Assembly (NCBI RefSeq): GCF_046533075.1
Contig: NZ_JAJQRB010000001.1
Coordinates: forward strand, 1-62,166
Length of the DNA stretch: 62,166 nt
From: Treponema primitia
Lineage (GTDB): Bacteria > Spirochaetota > Spirochaetia > Treponematales > Breznakiellaceae
Direction of reading: 5' to 3'
The notes beneath the pieces were generated by a model. That model was not told the origin of the DNA. It ran no database searches and saw nothing but the letters and a program-made list of their open reading frames with translations. Of this stretch, positions 37,188 through 46,893 are shown in pieces. The position numbers and the translations under genes are program-made. Position 1 is the stretch's first letter. Each line of letters begins with the position of its first letter.

Positions 37188-40100
37188 ATGAAACAATTGT
37201 ATATTTTCCTTATTATTTTGGCTTTTTTGGAATTCTTTGGCTGTGTGAGCCAGAGTCGGGATACATCGGGGGACCTCACCTCTGGTGAACGGGGGCTGGA
37301 GGTGATTGTTGAAGGGGAAGCTGAACCTGATGTGGAAGTGTTTCTACAGTTAGGGCACGCAGGCGGGGCACTGGATGCAGCGTTTAGTCCTGATGAAAGC
37401 CACATTATTTCAGCCTCACAAGATACCACGCTGAAGCTATGGGATATCGCAACTGGACGTGAAATTCGGACGTTTTCCGGACATTCAGGCGGAGTACGGT
37501 CAGTTGCATATAGCCCTGACGGAAAGCTTATCGCTTCGGGGGCTTCTGATAAAACCACGAAGCTGTGGGATGCCGTAACCGGGCGTGAAATCCGAACTAT
37601 AACAGAAGATTCCTCCATAAGTTATGTGGCTTTTAGTCCTGACGGTAAATGGCTGGTTACAAAAAGTTCTAATAATACCACGAAACTATGGGATATCGCC
37701 AATGGACAGGAAATCAATGCTTTCAACGGTGTAGTGGAATTTAATCCCGGCTGGGACCAAATTGCCCAATGGGATAGGGATGGAAATATTACAATCCGGG
37801 ACATCACAAGCGACCGTGAAATTCGTATTTTTCCGGGATATTCAAAGGGCATTACCGCCCTCGCGTTCAGTACCGATGGGAAACAGATTGTCTCAAGTTA
37901 TGAGGATAGGACCGTAAAAGTATGGAATATCGAAAACGGGCAGGAAACTCAAAGCTTCGTAATAAAAAAGAAGCAGGGAGAAGGAACCGGCATGACGCCA
38001 ACCATAAGATGTGTGGCTTTTGCGCCTGATGGGAAACGAATTGTCACAGGAGATGATGATCGTAAAATGAAGCTATGGGATAATAGTCAGGAAACCCAGA
38101 CCTATGAAGGTCACTGGGTTACGATCGTGGATGCAAATGGAGGGGAGACATCAAGTGACACCGGGCATTTTAAACGGCTTCAATCAATTTCATTCAGTTC
38201 CGATGGACGGCAAATTCTTTCAAGAAGTGATGATAGGGTAATATGCTGGGATACAGACAGCGGCCGTGAAATAGCCAATTTTAAAATAGCCGACCAGATA
38301 GCTTCCATAAAATTCAGTGCTGATGAAAAAAAGATCATTACAGGAGATTTATTTGGGAATCTTGAGTTGTGGGATTTTATTGACGGACAAAAATTACAGT
38401 CATTCAAAAAAAGCATGGTAGGAATGTCAAGCGTCGCATTTAGCCCTGACGGTTCTCAGATTGTTTTTAGTTCATCGGATGATAACACGGTAAAATTTTG
38501 GGATATTACAGTCGGAAAGTTAATTCGATTTTTTTCAGGTATTAATAAATATGACAAGATTAAAGGGATACGGTCGGTAATATTCAGCCCCAGCGGCAAA
38601 CAAATTGCTACAGGATCTTTAGGAAATGTAAAGTTGTACGATGCCGCAACAGGAGAGGAAATTCGTGTTTTTTCCGGGCAAAATTGGCCAGAGTCCATTG
38701 CCTTCAGTCCGGACGGAACAAAACTCGTTTCAGCATCCGATGACGGTACAATAAAACTGTATGATGTTGTAACCGGCGGTGAAATTGGCAATGTGGTAAA
38801 AAGGAGCTTTACAGGGGAATATCGTATTTTTGCGGAACACCCGGATGAATCCGTTGTTACGGCGGCCTTTAGTATTGATGGCAAACAAATCCTTTCCTGC
38901 GGTTCCTCGGGCACAGTGAAAATATGGAATTCAGCCGATGGACGCGAAATTCGTTCATTTCAAGCAAGCGAGACAAATAGTTCCGGATTAAAGGATCTGC
39001 TGTTTTCTGCAGCCTTTAGCCCTGATGGAAGCCGGCTTGTTACGGGATCTCGTTATGGTACTGTTAATCTTTGGAATACCTCAAGTGGACAGAAAATACG
39101 AACTTTAGGGGATTTGAGTAATAGTATTTTCGCTGTGGAGTTCAGTCCCGATGGAAAAAAAATTATTGCAGGGGATTACAATGTCTTGAAATTATGGGAT
39201 GCGGAAACCGGCCAGATAATTCGGAATTTCTCCGGTCATTCCGGTTTTATTCATTCCATAGCGTTTAATCCCGGCGGGCAGCAAGTAGTTTCAATTTCAA
39301 GTGATGGTACCGCCCGCATTTGGAATATTGAATCCGGTAACGAAATTGTCAAATTAGTTAATTATGCAGGCAAGGATACCCAAATAACATCCGGCGGCCG
39401 CGGGCTTACGGTGGAATTAGAAGATCAGGTAGGCTCGGTGGACAGCGAATGGATTTCCGTTACCCCCGATGGCTATTATAATGCTTCGCCCCGCGGCGAC
39501 CATTACTTCAATGTCCGTATCGGTAATACTGTATCCGGCATAGATGCCTACCGATCGATCTTCTACAACCCCGATGTAGTCCGGGCTCGTCTGCAAGGAA
39601 GGCCTGATCCTGCCTCCAAGGGTAAGGTTACTATTCAGCAGGCCGGTTTATTCAGCCCCCCAATTATTACCATACAGGAACCAGGTGTAAATAATATTGT
39701 TACCACCGCTACGACAAATTTATCGGTCGTCATCGAATCCAGTCGGCAGCCTATCAGTACTATCAAACTCCTCGTGAACGGCAGACTTGTCGGGCGTGAT
39801 GAATTGATCGCCGTCACCGGAGGTAACCTTACCCCTGAGAGAGCCAGCCTGACCGTCACCGGCGGCCAAAGGGTCATAAATTTCCAGCTCCCGGTGGGCC
39901 TTGATCCCGGCCTTAACCGCATTGAGGTGGTGGCCTTTAACGGTTACTCGGACAGCCGGAAGTGGGTGGATATTACCCGGCAGACCCGGACCGGGGAGCA
40001 AGCTGCTCCTCCTAATCTGTGGATTCTTGCGGTGGGTGTGAATCAATATAGCAGTTCCCAAATCAACAGCCTGGATTACTGTGTTGCCGATGCACGGGAA

Positions 40101-40736
40101 CTAATTGATTCCTTCTCTGCCCAGGAAGGTCGGCGTTATGGGAAGGTACACAGCCTCCTCATCGCCGATGGCGCCTCCATCGTCCCAACGGCGGCCAATA
40201 TCAGGGATAACCTTAAATTTCTCTCCGGGGCGGGACCCAAGGATGTGGTCCTGCTTTTCCTCGCGGGCCACGGGGTAAGCGATAATTCGGGAACCTTTCT
40301 CTTTCTTCCCAGAGATGCGGCCCTGACGGCGAACGGTGGGGTAAACCCTGCAAAGGCAATCTCCAACAATGATATCATTTCTGTACTGGATGCGCCCGGC
40401 AATCGGCTAGTGTTCATTGATGCCTGTCAATCCGGTGGGGTGGATAATGACCGCCTGGTCAGATCCCTCATGGACACCAACGCCTTCGTCTTTACTTCCA
40501 GCAGGGGGAACGAGAAGTCCCAGGAGCGGTCCGAATTAGGGCATGGGGTATTTACTTACAGCGTTATTCAGGGTTTAAAGGGGCTCGTTTCGGCCCAATC
40601 CGCCAATAACAGCATCAGCGTACTTGAATTGAGCGGTTTCGTGTCAACCAATGTCCTCAGGATTACTTCGGACCAACAGCACCCCAGCGCCTACTCCCTG
40701 GGGTTCTACGACTTTCCGATGGTGGAAATGCCATAA
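37188..40736 (+). CDS. Secreted/lipoprotein WD40-repeat protein with C-terminal caspase-like (peptidase C14) domain
   Basis: Signal peptide MKQLYIFLIILAFLEFFGC. About 14 WD40 repeats (…GHSGGVRSVAYSPDGKLIASGASDKTTKLWD…). C-terminal caspase fold with the His/Cys dyad (VLLFLAGHGV … LVFIDACQSGG). Confidence 0.85.
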   Translation: MKQLYIFLIILAFLEFFGCVSQSRDTSGDLTSGERGLEVIVEGEAEPDVEVFLQLGHAGGALDAAFSPDESHIISASQDTTLKLWDIATGREIRTFSGHSGGVRSVAYSPDGKLIASGASDKTTKLWDAVTGREIRTITEDSSISYVAFSPDGKWLVTKSSNNTTKLWDIANGQEINAFNGVVEFNPGWDQIAQWDRDGNITIRDITSDREIRIFPGYSKGITALAFSTDGKQIVSSYEDRTVKVWNIENGQETQSFVIKKKQGEGTGMTPTIRCVAFAPDGKRIVTGDDDRKMKLWDNSQETQTYEGHWVTIVDANGGETSSDTGHFKRLQSISFSSDGRQILSRSDDRVICWDTDSGREIANFKIADQIASIKFSADEKKIITGDLFGNLELWDFIDGQKLQSFKKSMVGMSSVAFSPDGSQIVFSSSDDNTVKFWDITVGKLIRFFSGINKYDKIKGIRSVIFSPSGKQIATGSLGNVKLYDAATGEEIRVFSGQNWPESIAFSPDGTKLVSASDDGTIKLYDVVTGGEIGNVVKRSFTGEYRIFAEHPDESVVTAAFSIDGKQILSCGSSGTVKIWNSADGREIRSFQASETNSSGLKDLLFSAAFSPDGSRLVTGSRYGTVNLWNTSSGQKIRTLGDLSNSIFAVEFSPDGKKIIAGDYNVLKLWDAETGQIIRNFSGHSGFIHSIAFNPGGQQVVSISSDGTARIWNIESGNEIVKLVNYAGKDTQITSGGRGLTVELEDQVGSVDSEWISVTPDGYYNASPRGDHYFNVRIGNTVSGIDAYRSIFYNPDVVRARLQGRPDPASKGKVTIQQAGLFSPPIITIQEPGVNNIVTTATTNLSVVIESSRQPISTIKLLVNGRLVGRDELIAVTGGNLTPERASLTVTGGQRVINFQLPVGLDPGLNRIEVVAFNGYSDSRKWVDITRQTRTGEQAAPPNLWILAVGVNQYSSSQINSLDYCVADARELIDSFSAQEGRRYGKVHSLLIADGASIVPTAANIRDNLKFLSGAGPKDVVLLFLAGHGVSDNSGTFLFLPRDAALTANGGVNPAKAISNNDIISVLDAPGNRLVFIDACQSGGVDNDRLVRSLMDTNAFVFTSSRGNEKSQERSELGHGVFTYSVIQGLKGLVSAQSANNSISVLELSGFVSTNVLRITSDQQHPSAYSLGFYDFPMVEMP

Positions 40737-40740
40737 AGCC

Positions 40741-40771
40741 CATAGCCCAGGCGCCGCCCTTTGCGAACGTG
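40741..40771 (+). repeat. recG 3'-terminus, copy 2 (ATAGCCCAGGCGCCGCCCTTTGCGAACGTGG), right boundary of the WD40-caspase cassette
   Basis: Encodes IAQAPPFANVAL* in the recG frame. Confidence 0.85.
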
Positions 40772-41139
40772 GCGCTCTAGCAGCCTGTTGCACTTGTAGG
40801 TTTTTTGCGCTTGAAGCCGCAAAAAACTTCGATTTATGGGCTGCTTACGGAGTTTGTAGGGTTGAAAAATTGCCAGATAGGCAATTTTTCTCGATTAATT
40901 GCGCGAAGCGCAACAAACTCCTAGGGGCTTACTTTTCTATCCTTAATCCCTCATTTTTGTATTCATCTATTGAACCATCAATGGTTAGCAAAATAAAATT
41001 ATTTCGTAGTGCTTCCCATACTAAAAAGCGGTCAAAGGGATCTCTGTGGTATAATGGTAAATGATAACTTGTAATTATATCAATGTTGTTTATTTCTTTA
41101 CATACATGCTCTTCTTGGCCGAAGAAAATGCCCCTTCAC

Positions 41140-41823
41140 TTAGTCCCAATCAAAACCTCCCAACCCTACATCGCCCGTCGGAACAGTACCCATATCAATA
41201 ATCGGGGCAGTATCCCCTGAGGGAAGGCCCGAAGTGTTTCCAAAAGGAAGGGCAGGAGTAAGGGACGCCGCCGCAGCTTCAAAGGGAGATACCACCCGGC
41301 GGTCTGTTTCATCAACATAGCTTGTTTCCCGTTTCGACACATTGACCAGGCTTCCGTTTGCATGAACATATTGAACCCGCCCCTCATCTACCCGGAGGTT
41401 CACCGTATCAAATTCAAAGGAGGTCCCCCGTACCGATGCGGTTACCGTAGGGCTCCTGACCGTAAAGTTGGTTTTTCCTCCGGAGGGGGGGCTTACATCT
41501 GCCCGAATCCTCCCGGCATGAAGGTATATGTTTACCTGTTCGTCCCCATCATTCCGCAGTATTTCTTCCAGACTTAAACGGGTTAAGGGCCGTACCGTAA
41601 TAACCGAATCTCCCAGTGCAATAAGGGCGGTACTTTTAAACCCCGTGGATATGCGGGTTCCCTTTTCTATCCGGTCCCCTTGAGCAGCTTTTACCCAAAC
41701 GGATGAACCGGATACCTGCATTTCTACGGTCCCGCTTAGTTCCCGAAAAAACCCGCTTTCCTGAGAAAATAATAATCCTGCGCTTATAATAAACAATACA
41801 AAAAACGATATTCTTCCCATCAT
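41140..41823 (-). CDS. FecR-like domain protein (signal/TM anchor plus beta-sandwich)
   Basis: 228 aa from MMGRISFFVLFIISAGLLFS. Motifs resemble FecR/DUF4974 (…GTVEMQVSGSSVWVKAAQGDRIEKGTRISTG…). Confidence 0.5.
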   Translation of the reverse strand: MMGRISFFVLFIISAGLLFSQESGFFRELSGTVEMQVSGSSVWVKAAQGDRIEKGTRISTGFKSTALIALGDSVITVRPLTRLSLEEILRNDGDEQVNIYLHAGRIRADVSPPSGGKTNFTVRSPTVTASVRGTSFEFDTVNLRVDEGRVQYVHANGSLVNVSKRETSYVDETDRRVVSPFEAAAASLTPALPFGNTSGLPSGDTAPIIDMGTVPTGDVGLGGFDWD

Positions 41824-41837
41824 GTCCTCCGCAATTT

Positions 41838-43058
41838 CTAGAACGATAACAAAGTCTCCAAAGAGACCCGCCACTTCACGGCGGCTCCCGAAGCAAAAGC
41901 CTTCCCGGTCTGGGGCAGGAAAGCTCCGCCGCCAAGGGTAAAGGCAATATCCGAAACCGGCGCCCAGATAAGGTTCGCGGCAAGCTCGCCCCCCAGCAGG
42001 GGAGAACGGGAATCCGTGTCCAGTTCAGTATCACGGTAAGTAGTAGTATCGGTGCGGAAAAAATAAGCCGCCGACCCTTCCGCCGAAATGGCCTTGTGGA
42101 GACGCCGGGTATAGCTCCCCTGTATCAGGGCAATACCTGAAAGTTTTGGCCGGAGTATCCTTCCCTGGGCTATGGTGCTTATGGGAAGGAAAGCCTGCGC
42201 CTGATCATTCCATGCCCCGGAGCTAAAGGAAGCTCCCAGAAAAAACCGGTCATTGGCGGGGCCGGGGGGAAGCCAAACCAGATCGGCCCTAAGGGCAAAA
42301 CAAAATTCTAATGGATTATCCCCGGGCTCTTTCTCAAGTAAACCCAGCACGGCCCCCAGATCGGCGTTAAAATCGTCCAGAAAGGGCAGACTCAAAGTTG
42401 CTTCCCCGTATTGGGAATTGACCGTATTGGATGAATCGTTCAAATCGAACTGCCCTATCATACCCAGCTTAAGAAACTTATCGGTATTGAACAGAGCGGG
42501 AATTCCCCAGTTCAGGGAAAAAAGTACACGCCGGGAAGAAAAATAGACATCCCGATCATGATAATCCGCATAATCGCTGTCGCTCATGGTGATATAGGCG
42601 TCCTTTTTATAGAGCAGCCCGGTATAAAAGGCCCTTGCGGAAAGCTTGGTTTTCCCCAGGCTGTACTCTGCGGAAAGACCATCAAAGAGGCCGCTTAAAA
42701 TAGTGTTTGAAGCTTCCTGGTAGAAACTCCGTCCGGCAGCCATGCGTAAACCTGACTTGAACCGATACCTCATTTCAAAGCGGTAAATCTCCGGGATCCG
42801 CTGCCATTCATCATCCGCCCGTTCCATAGAAAATCCACCGGAAAAGTAGAGATCCCCCTGTTCCCCAAGGGGCGCCGCAAACCAGGGAATTACCGTTCCC
42901 GTGTATTCAAAACTACTGCCGCCGGTATCACCATTGCGGAATAGCGGGAGTTGGCGCAGGGTCAGGCCGAAATCCTGGGCAAAGGCGGCGGGTGTACTCA
43001 GTATAAGTAACAGGATGAAAATGAAAAGATGGGGAGACTTGTTACAATTCATTTTCAT
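41838..43058 (-). CDS. Hypothetical outer-membrane-like protein (signal peptide, C-terminal Phe)
   Basis: 406 aa with a signal peptide (…ILSTPAAFAQ) and C-terminal …LETLLSF. Confidence 0.45.
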   Translation of the reverse strand: MKMNCNKSPHLFIFILLLILSTPAAFAQDFGLTLRQLPLFRNGDTGGSSFEYTGTVIPWFAAPLGEQGDLYFSGGFSMERADDEWQRIPEIYRFEMRYRFKSGLRMAAGRSFYQEASNTILSGLFDGLSAEYSLGKTKLSARAFYTGLLYKKDAYITMSDSDYADYHDRDVYFSSRRVLFSLNWGIPALFNTDKFLKLGMIGQFDLNDSSNTVNSQYGEATLSLPFLDDFNADLGAVLGLLEKEPGDNPLEFCFALRADLVWLPPGPANDRFFLGASFSSGAWNDQAQAFLPISTIAQGRILRPKLSGIALIQGSYTRRLHKAISAEGSAAYFFRTDTTTYRDTELDTDSRSPLLGGELAANLIWAPVSDIAFTLGGGAFLPQTGKAFASGAAVKWRVSLETLLSF

Positions 43059-43512
43059 AGTCCAGTGCCCGGCTAAGAATCCGCAGTAAAGTTTCTCCGG
43101 AAATTTGCGCGGTCGAATAGGACCGGCCCTGCAGTATTTGGAGGCGGCTCAGTTCCCGGTAACTGTAACGGGGACCGGGAAACAGGGTATACATAAGCCC
43201 CCCTTTCAGACTGAGGGACTTCATGATAAGAAGGGAAACCCCGCCAAAGGTGATCGCCCCTTCGGCCCGGGTTTTTTTAGGGAGCCATTTGTTTTCCCGG
43301 GCAAAGTTGTACGCCTCGGCAGGAGAACTGTCCGGGGGAAGGGCCGCTGTGGCGGAAAGGATAAACCAGGCGGCATCCTCGCAGCTGACGGTCTTTAGGC
43401 CGAGGACCCGTTCCAGTTCCGCCGCGGTTTGGGTGTGGGACAAGACGGCGGCGCCGAGAAACAGCAAAGTAACGATGCAGAACTTCTGCGGTGATAGTGA
43501 TGGTGTTTTCAT
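43042..43512 (-). CDS. Hypothetical secreted protein
   Basis: 156-aa ORF with a signal peptide, in the same operon as its neighbours. Confidence 0.4.
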   Translation of the reverse strand: MKTPSLSPQKFCIVTLLFLGAAVLSHTQTAAELERVLGLKTVSCEDAAWFILSATAALPPDSSPAEAYNFARENKWLPKKTRAEGAITFGGVSLLIMKSLSLKGGLMYTLFPGPRYSYRELSRLQILQGRSYSTAQISGETLLRILSRALDYENEL

Positions 43513-45392
43513 GGCAATACCGGCGGTCTGGTCTGCCAGGAAAGCACGGGGTAGTCGTAGCCGCTGATGAACTTCCAGCCGGTATCCCCAAAGGTCCAGC
43601 CGGCGGCGGTATAGGGCGTTTGTGTTATAAAAGCCGTAGGAGCTGTTGCCTGGCCAGCTTCATTGTTTGGTCCCGGAGCAGGGGTGGTGTTAGTATTATT
43701 TTGCAATACAATATCATCCCGGGAATAGTTACCGCTCAGTGTGACAGCAGAGGAAGCGCATATTGCATTCGCTATTTTTGTTGGTGCCGTTGAAGGACCG
43801 GCGTCAACCACGGAAACCAGGGCCATGCAATCGATGACGGTAACGCCGATACCGGCATTATCATAGCCCATTATCCCGCCGACATGGATAGCAACGTTTC
43901 CCGTTCCCATTGATTCTACCGTTCCCGCAGCGTAACACCTGGAGATAGTCCATAAATTGGTTCCAGCAATACCCCCCGCCATTATATTAGGACATGTGCC
44001 GGAACTTATTACATTGGCGTAAGCGTAGCAGTTTTCGATTACACCGGTAACACCGGCAGTATTAAGATAACCTGCTATACCGCCGGAATGCGAATCTGAA
44101 GAGGATCCTGTGGCAGTGCCTTTTATTATGCCCGAAGCATAACAGTTTTTTATCGTGACGCCGGTAATGGAATTGTTAGCCCTGCCAACTATACCTCCTA
44201 CATTGGAGTCATCGGCCTCCGTCTCTATACGGCCTTCGGCAAAACAGGCGGTAATTTCGCCATCCGCAAAAAAACCGGCAATTCCCCCGGTGGTGCCGTT
44301 CCCTGTAGGGGAAAGGCCGCTTATGCTGCCCTTAAAAGAGCTGCCGCTTATGGTCACATTCACAGAATTTCCCGCAATGCCGCCCACCATAAGAGCGTTT
44401 ACCGTTTCTCCGGCTATGTCCCCCTCGATATGGCAGTTTGTGATGGTGGTGGTTGTTCCGTAATTATTCGTACCCACAATTCCCCCCAGGTTGAGGGAAC
44501 TGACGCCGTTACCCTTGACCGAAAAAGAGCCGGAGACCTGAATATCCGTAAAGCTGGTATCAATTGCAAACCCGGCAACCCCGCCAGCGTGTTGGTCAGA
44601 ATAGGTGAGTCCATCCAGGTAGGTAAAATCCACCGGGGCGCCAAGGGTATAGTTAATCGTTACATTGCTGATTGCCGCATTGTCGACCAGACCCAAAAAT
44701 CCCACATACGCGAAATGTTCGCCCGCCGTTACATTTGCCCCGGTAAAGGAACCGATAGTGATACTGTGGCCCCCTCCGTCAAATACCGCCTCAAAGGGTG
44801 TTGTATAATCGCCTATGGGCGTCCAGGGCGCGGTCAGGACTATATCCCTTTCCAGATGAAAAATCTTCGTACCGTCGATGGCAAAATCCGTTCCTATGCG
44901 CCGCAGTTCCGCCTCGTTGTGGATGTAGATATCCGGAAGCTCCTCATAGTATGCCTTATAGATTGGATCTATCATCATGGGGATGTTGATAGGATTATTC
45001 GGTCCCGCCGTAACGTTGATCGTAATGTTGCCGGTCCCTACCAGCCTTGAAGCAGTGTCATAGGCATTAGCTTCAACGGCCCATGTCCCGATTTTCAGTG
45101 TAACCACCGGAGGCAGAGGCGGTTCCAGTTTTAAAGTTTCGCCCGGTCCGGTAAAGGTAAGTTTGTAGCTAATGCTGTGGCTGATAAAATCATCCGATAA
45201 AGACCGGGAAAAGCTGTTCCCACCCGGCAGTACCAGACGAATGGTTCCTTTTTCAGCGTTATAAGCGCTTCCCGAAGGCAAGTCACAGGAGGCCGCGCAT
45301 AGGGCTGCAAAAGCTAACCCAATCAGCGGCATTACCCAATGGAATCCGAAACGTTTTATTAAAAACCCCGCCATTTCCGATAATTTCCGCAT
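43509..45392 (-). CDS. Surface protein with GLUG-motif-like repeats (GGIAG/GGIVG every ~30 aa)
   Basis: At least eight repeats (HAGGVAGFAID, LGGIVGTNNYG, VGGIAGNSVN, TGGIAGFFADG, VGGIVGRANNS, SGGIAGYLNTAG, AGGIAGTNLWT, VGGIMGYDNAG). N-terminal lipoprotein-like signal. Confidence 0.6.
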   Translation of the reverse strand: MRKLSEMAGFLIKRFGFHWVMPLIGLAFAALCAASCDLPSGSAYNAEKGTIRLVLPGGNSFSRSLSDDFISHSISYKLTFTGPGETLKLEPPLPPVVTLKIGTWAVEANAYDTASRLVGTGNITINVTAGPNNPINIPMMIDPIYKAYYEELPDIYIHNEAELRRIGTDFAIDGTKIFHLERDIVLTAPWTPIGDYTTPFEAVFDGGGHSITIGSFTGANVTAGEHFAYVGFLGLVDNAAISNVTINYTLGAPVDFTYLDGLTYSDQHAGGVAGFAIDTSFTDIQVSGSFSVKGNGVSSLNLGGIVGTNNYGTTTTITNCHIEGDIAGETVNALMVGGIAGNSVNVTISGSSFKGSISGLSPTGNGTTGGIAGFFADGEITACFAEGRIETEADDSNVGGIVGRANNSITGVTIKNCYASGIIKGTATGSSSDSHSGGIAGYLNTAGVTGVIENCYAYANVISSGTCPNIMAGGIAGTNLWTISRCYAAGTVESMGTGNVAIHVGGIMGYDNAGIGVTVIDCMALVSVVDAGPSTAPTKIANAICASSAVTLSGNYSRDDIVLQNNTNTTPAPGPNNEAGQATAPTAFITQTPYTAAGWTFGDTGWKFISGYDYPVLSWQTRPPVLP

Positions 45393-45562
45393 ACCCTTTA
45401 AATATTACATCTAAAGGTGTAGATAGTCAATCCAAAACATTTGCGCGTAACAGCGGTTTATTAGATCCCGCGGTATAGGCCGGGACCGGACACCCCGTAC
45501 TTGCCGGTAGGGGAGCCTCCGCCCTTAGGCTAAGACTCCCCTATATTTTTCGATAATTTTTT

Positions 45563-46846
45563 CTAGAATGCGGGGATCACAAAATATACATAAAGTATGT
45601 AACAGGGCATTAAGATCAGTGAGAGTAACCAACTCATCCTAAAGAGGGATTTAAAATCATAACCACCCGCTGCCATGGCCAAGGGGACTGCCGGCGTTGC
45701 ACTGGGAGTCATAAACGCAGTAAGACTGCCTGCGGTTATAAGAACTAAAAGTCCGACAGGATTGGCTCCCAAGGCAGATGAAGCTATCAGACATATAGGA
45801 GCGAAGATGTTCATTACACCCTGGTTTAACATGAATTGGGTCAGAATGAATGGGACAATAAAGAATACCGCGTTAAGTAAGAGGCCGCTCTGTACTCCGC
45901 CAAGGGTACTTGATATCACTCCGCCTACCGCAGTCGCTGCCCCGGTATCAATCAGGGCTTGAGCCATGCCGGTCGCACCGATAAGGATAAATCCTATATC
46001 GATAGCCATCGAAGAAATAGCCTCTTTTCCGGAAAGGACACCGAAGGCCACATCAAGGAAACAAGCGCCCATAACGATCATCCAAGGCGCTATTTTTATC
46101 TGTGTATTAAAAACTAACCCTAATACGGTGAGGAAGAAAATAATACACCCCATAATATTGGCGAGTGGTTTGAGTTTCTCTTGCCCGGAACCGGTATTCG
46201 TTGCCGTCTGAATCGGAATTATGGGCTTTTCGGGGGTGAGCTTAGGAGCCAAGAAGATTGCCCAGAAAAACAGAACCAATATCATTGGAAGGCGGCCCCT
46301 GGTAAAATCAAGGGGTGACATGGTGATATTAAAACCATACGCCTCCAGTAATCCGTTATATAATGCTGATTGGTTTATGGCAAATCCAAAGGGCAGAATT
46401 CCACAGCAGGCAATACAAATTACCGCCAGCGGGAATTGCCCCTTGGAAGGGCTGACCTTGTATTCGTTACAAACCGCATCCATTATGGGGAAGCAGATTG
46501 CATAGGCAACCATGGGACTGGTGATTAGGCTGGAAGCAATCAGCCCTATCACCAAAACGCCGATATAAGCTTTCCGATAACTACCGCTGGTGATGGTACG
46601 AATCCCGCGGGTAATAGTCTCAAGCAGGGTTGTTCGTTTTAACCCCGCTGAAACTACAAACATACCGACAACAATAATAACATTACCGCTTCCTAAGCCC
46701 GCCAATGCCTTAGCGGGTTCAAGACATTTTGTGAAAACCAGAACCAGCAAGGCAAGCATGGCGGTCACACCCAATGGCCAAATGTTGGATGCATAAAGCA
46801 CGATAGATAGCACAAATACCAAAATACTAATAACAACCGGATTCAT
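45563..46846 (-). CDS. Anion permease, ArsB/NhaD-superfamily (SLC13/CitMHS-like) transporter
   Basis: 427-aa polytopic membrane protein with transporter-like internal symmetry. Confidence 0.5.
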   Translation of the reverse strand: MNPVVISILVFVLSIVLYASNIWPLGVTAMLALLVLVFTKCLEPAKALAGLGSGNVIIVVGMFVVSAGLKRTTLLETITRGIRTITSGSYRKAYIGVLVIGLIASSLITSPMVAYAICFPIMDAVCNEYKVSPSKGQFPLAVICIACCGILPFGFAINQSALYNGLLEAYGFNITMSPLDFTRGRLPMILVLFFWAIFLAPKLTPEKPIIPIQTATNTGSGQEKLKPLANIMGCIIFFLTVLGLVFNTQIKIAPWMIVMGACFLDVAFGVLSGKEAISSMAIDIGFILIGATGMAQALIDTGAATAVGGVISSTLGGVQSGLLLNAVFFIVPFILTQFMLNQGVMNIFAPICLIASSALGANPVGLLVLITAGSLTAFMTPSATPAVPLAMAAGGYDFKSLFRMSWLLSLILMPCYILYVYFVIPAF

Positions 46847-46893
46847 ATCAAATCCCTCCTAAAAATATAAAATACCCCAAACTGTACTAACCG

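Noticed and set aside
40651-41064. 137-aa plus-strand ORF overlapping the 3' end of the WD40-caspase gene
   Set aside because: It overlaps the well-supported caspase ORF in another frame and continues through a repeat-rich intergenic region. The translation is low-complexity.
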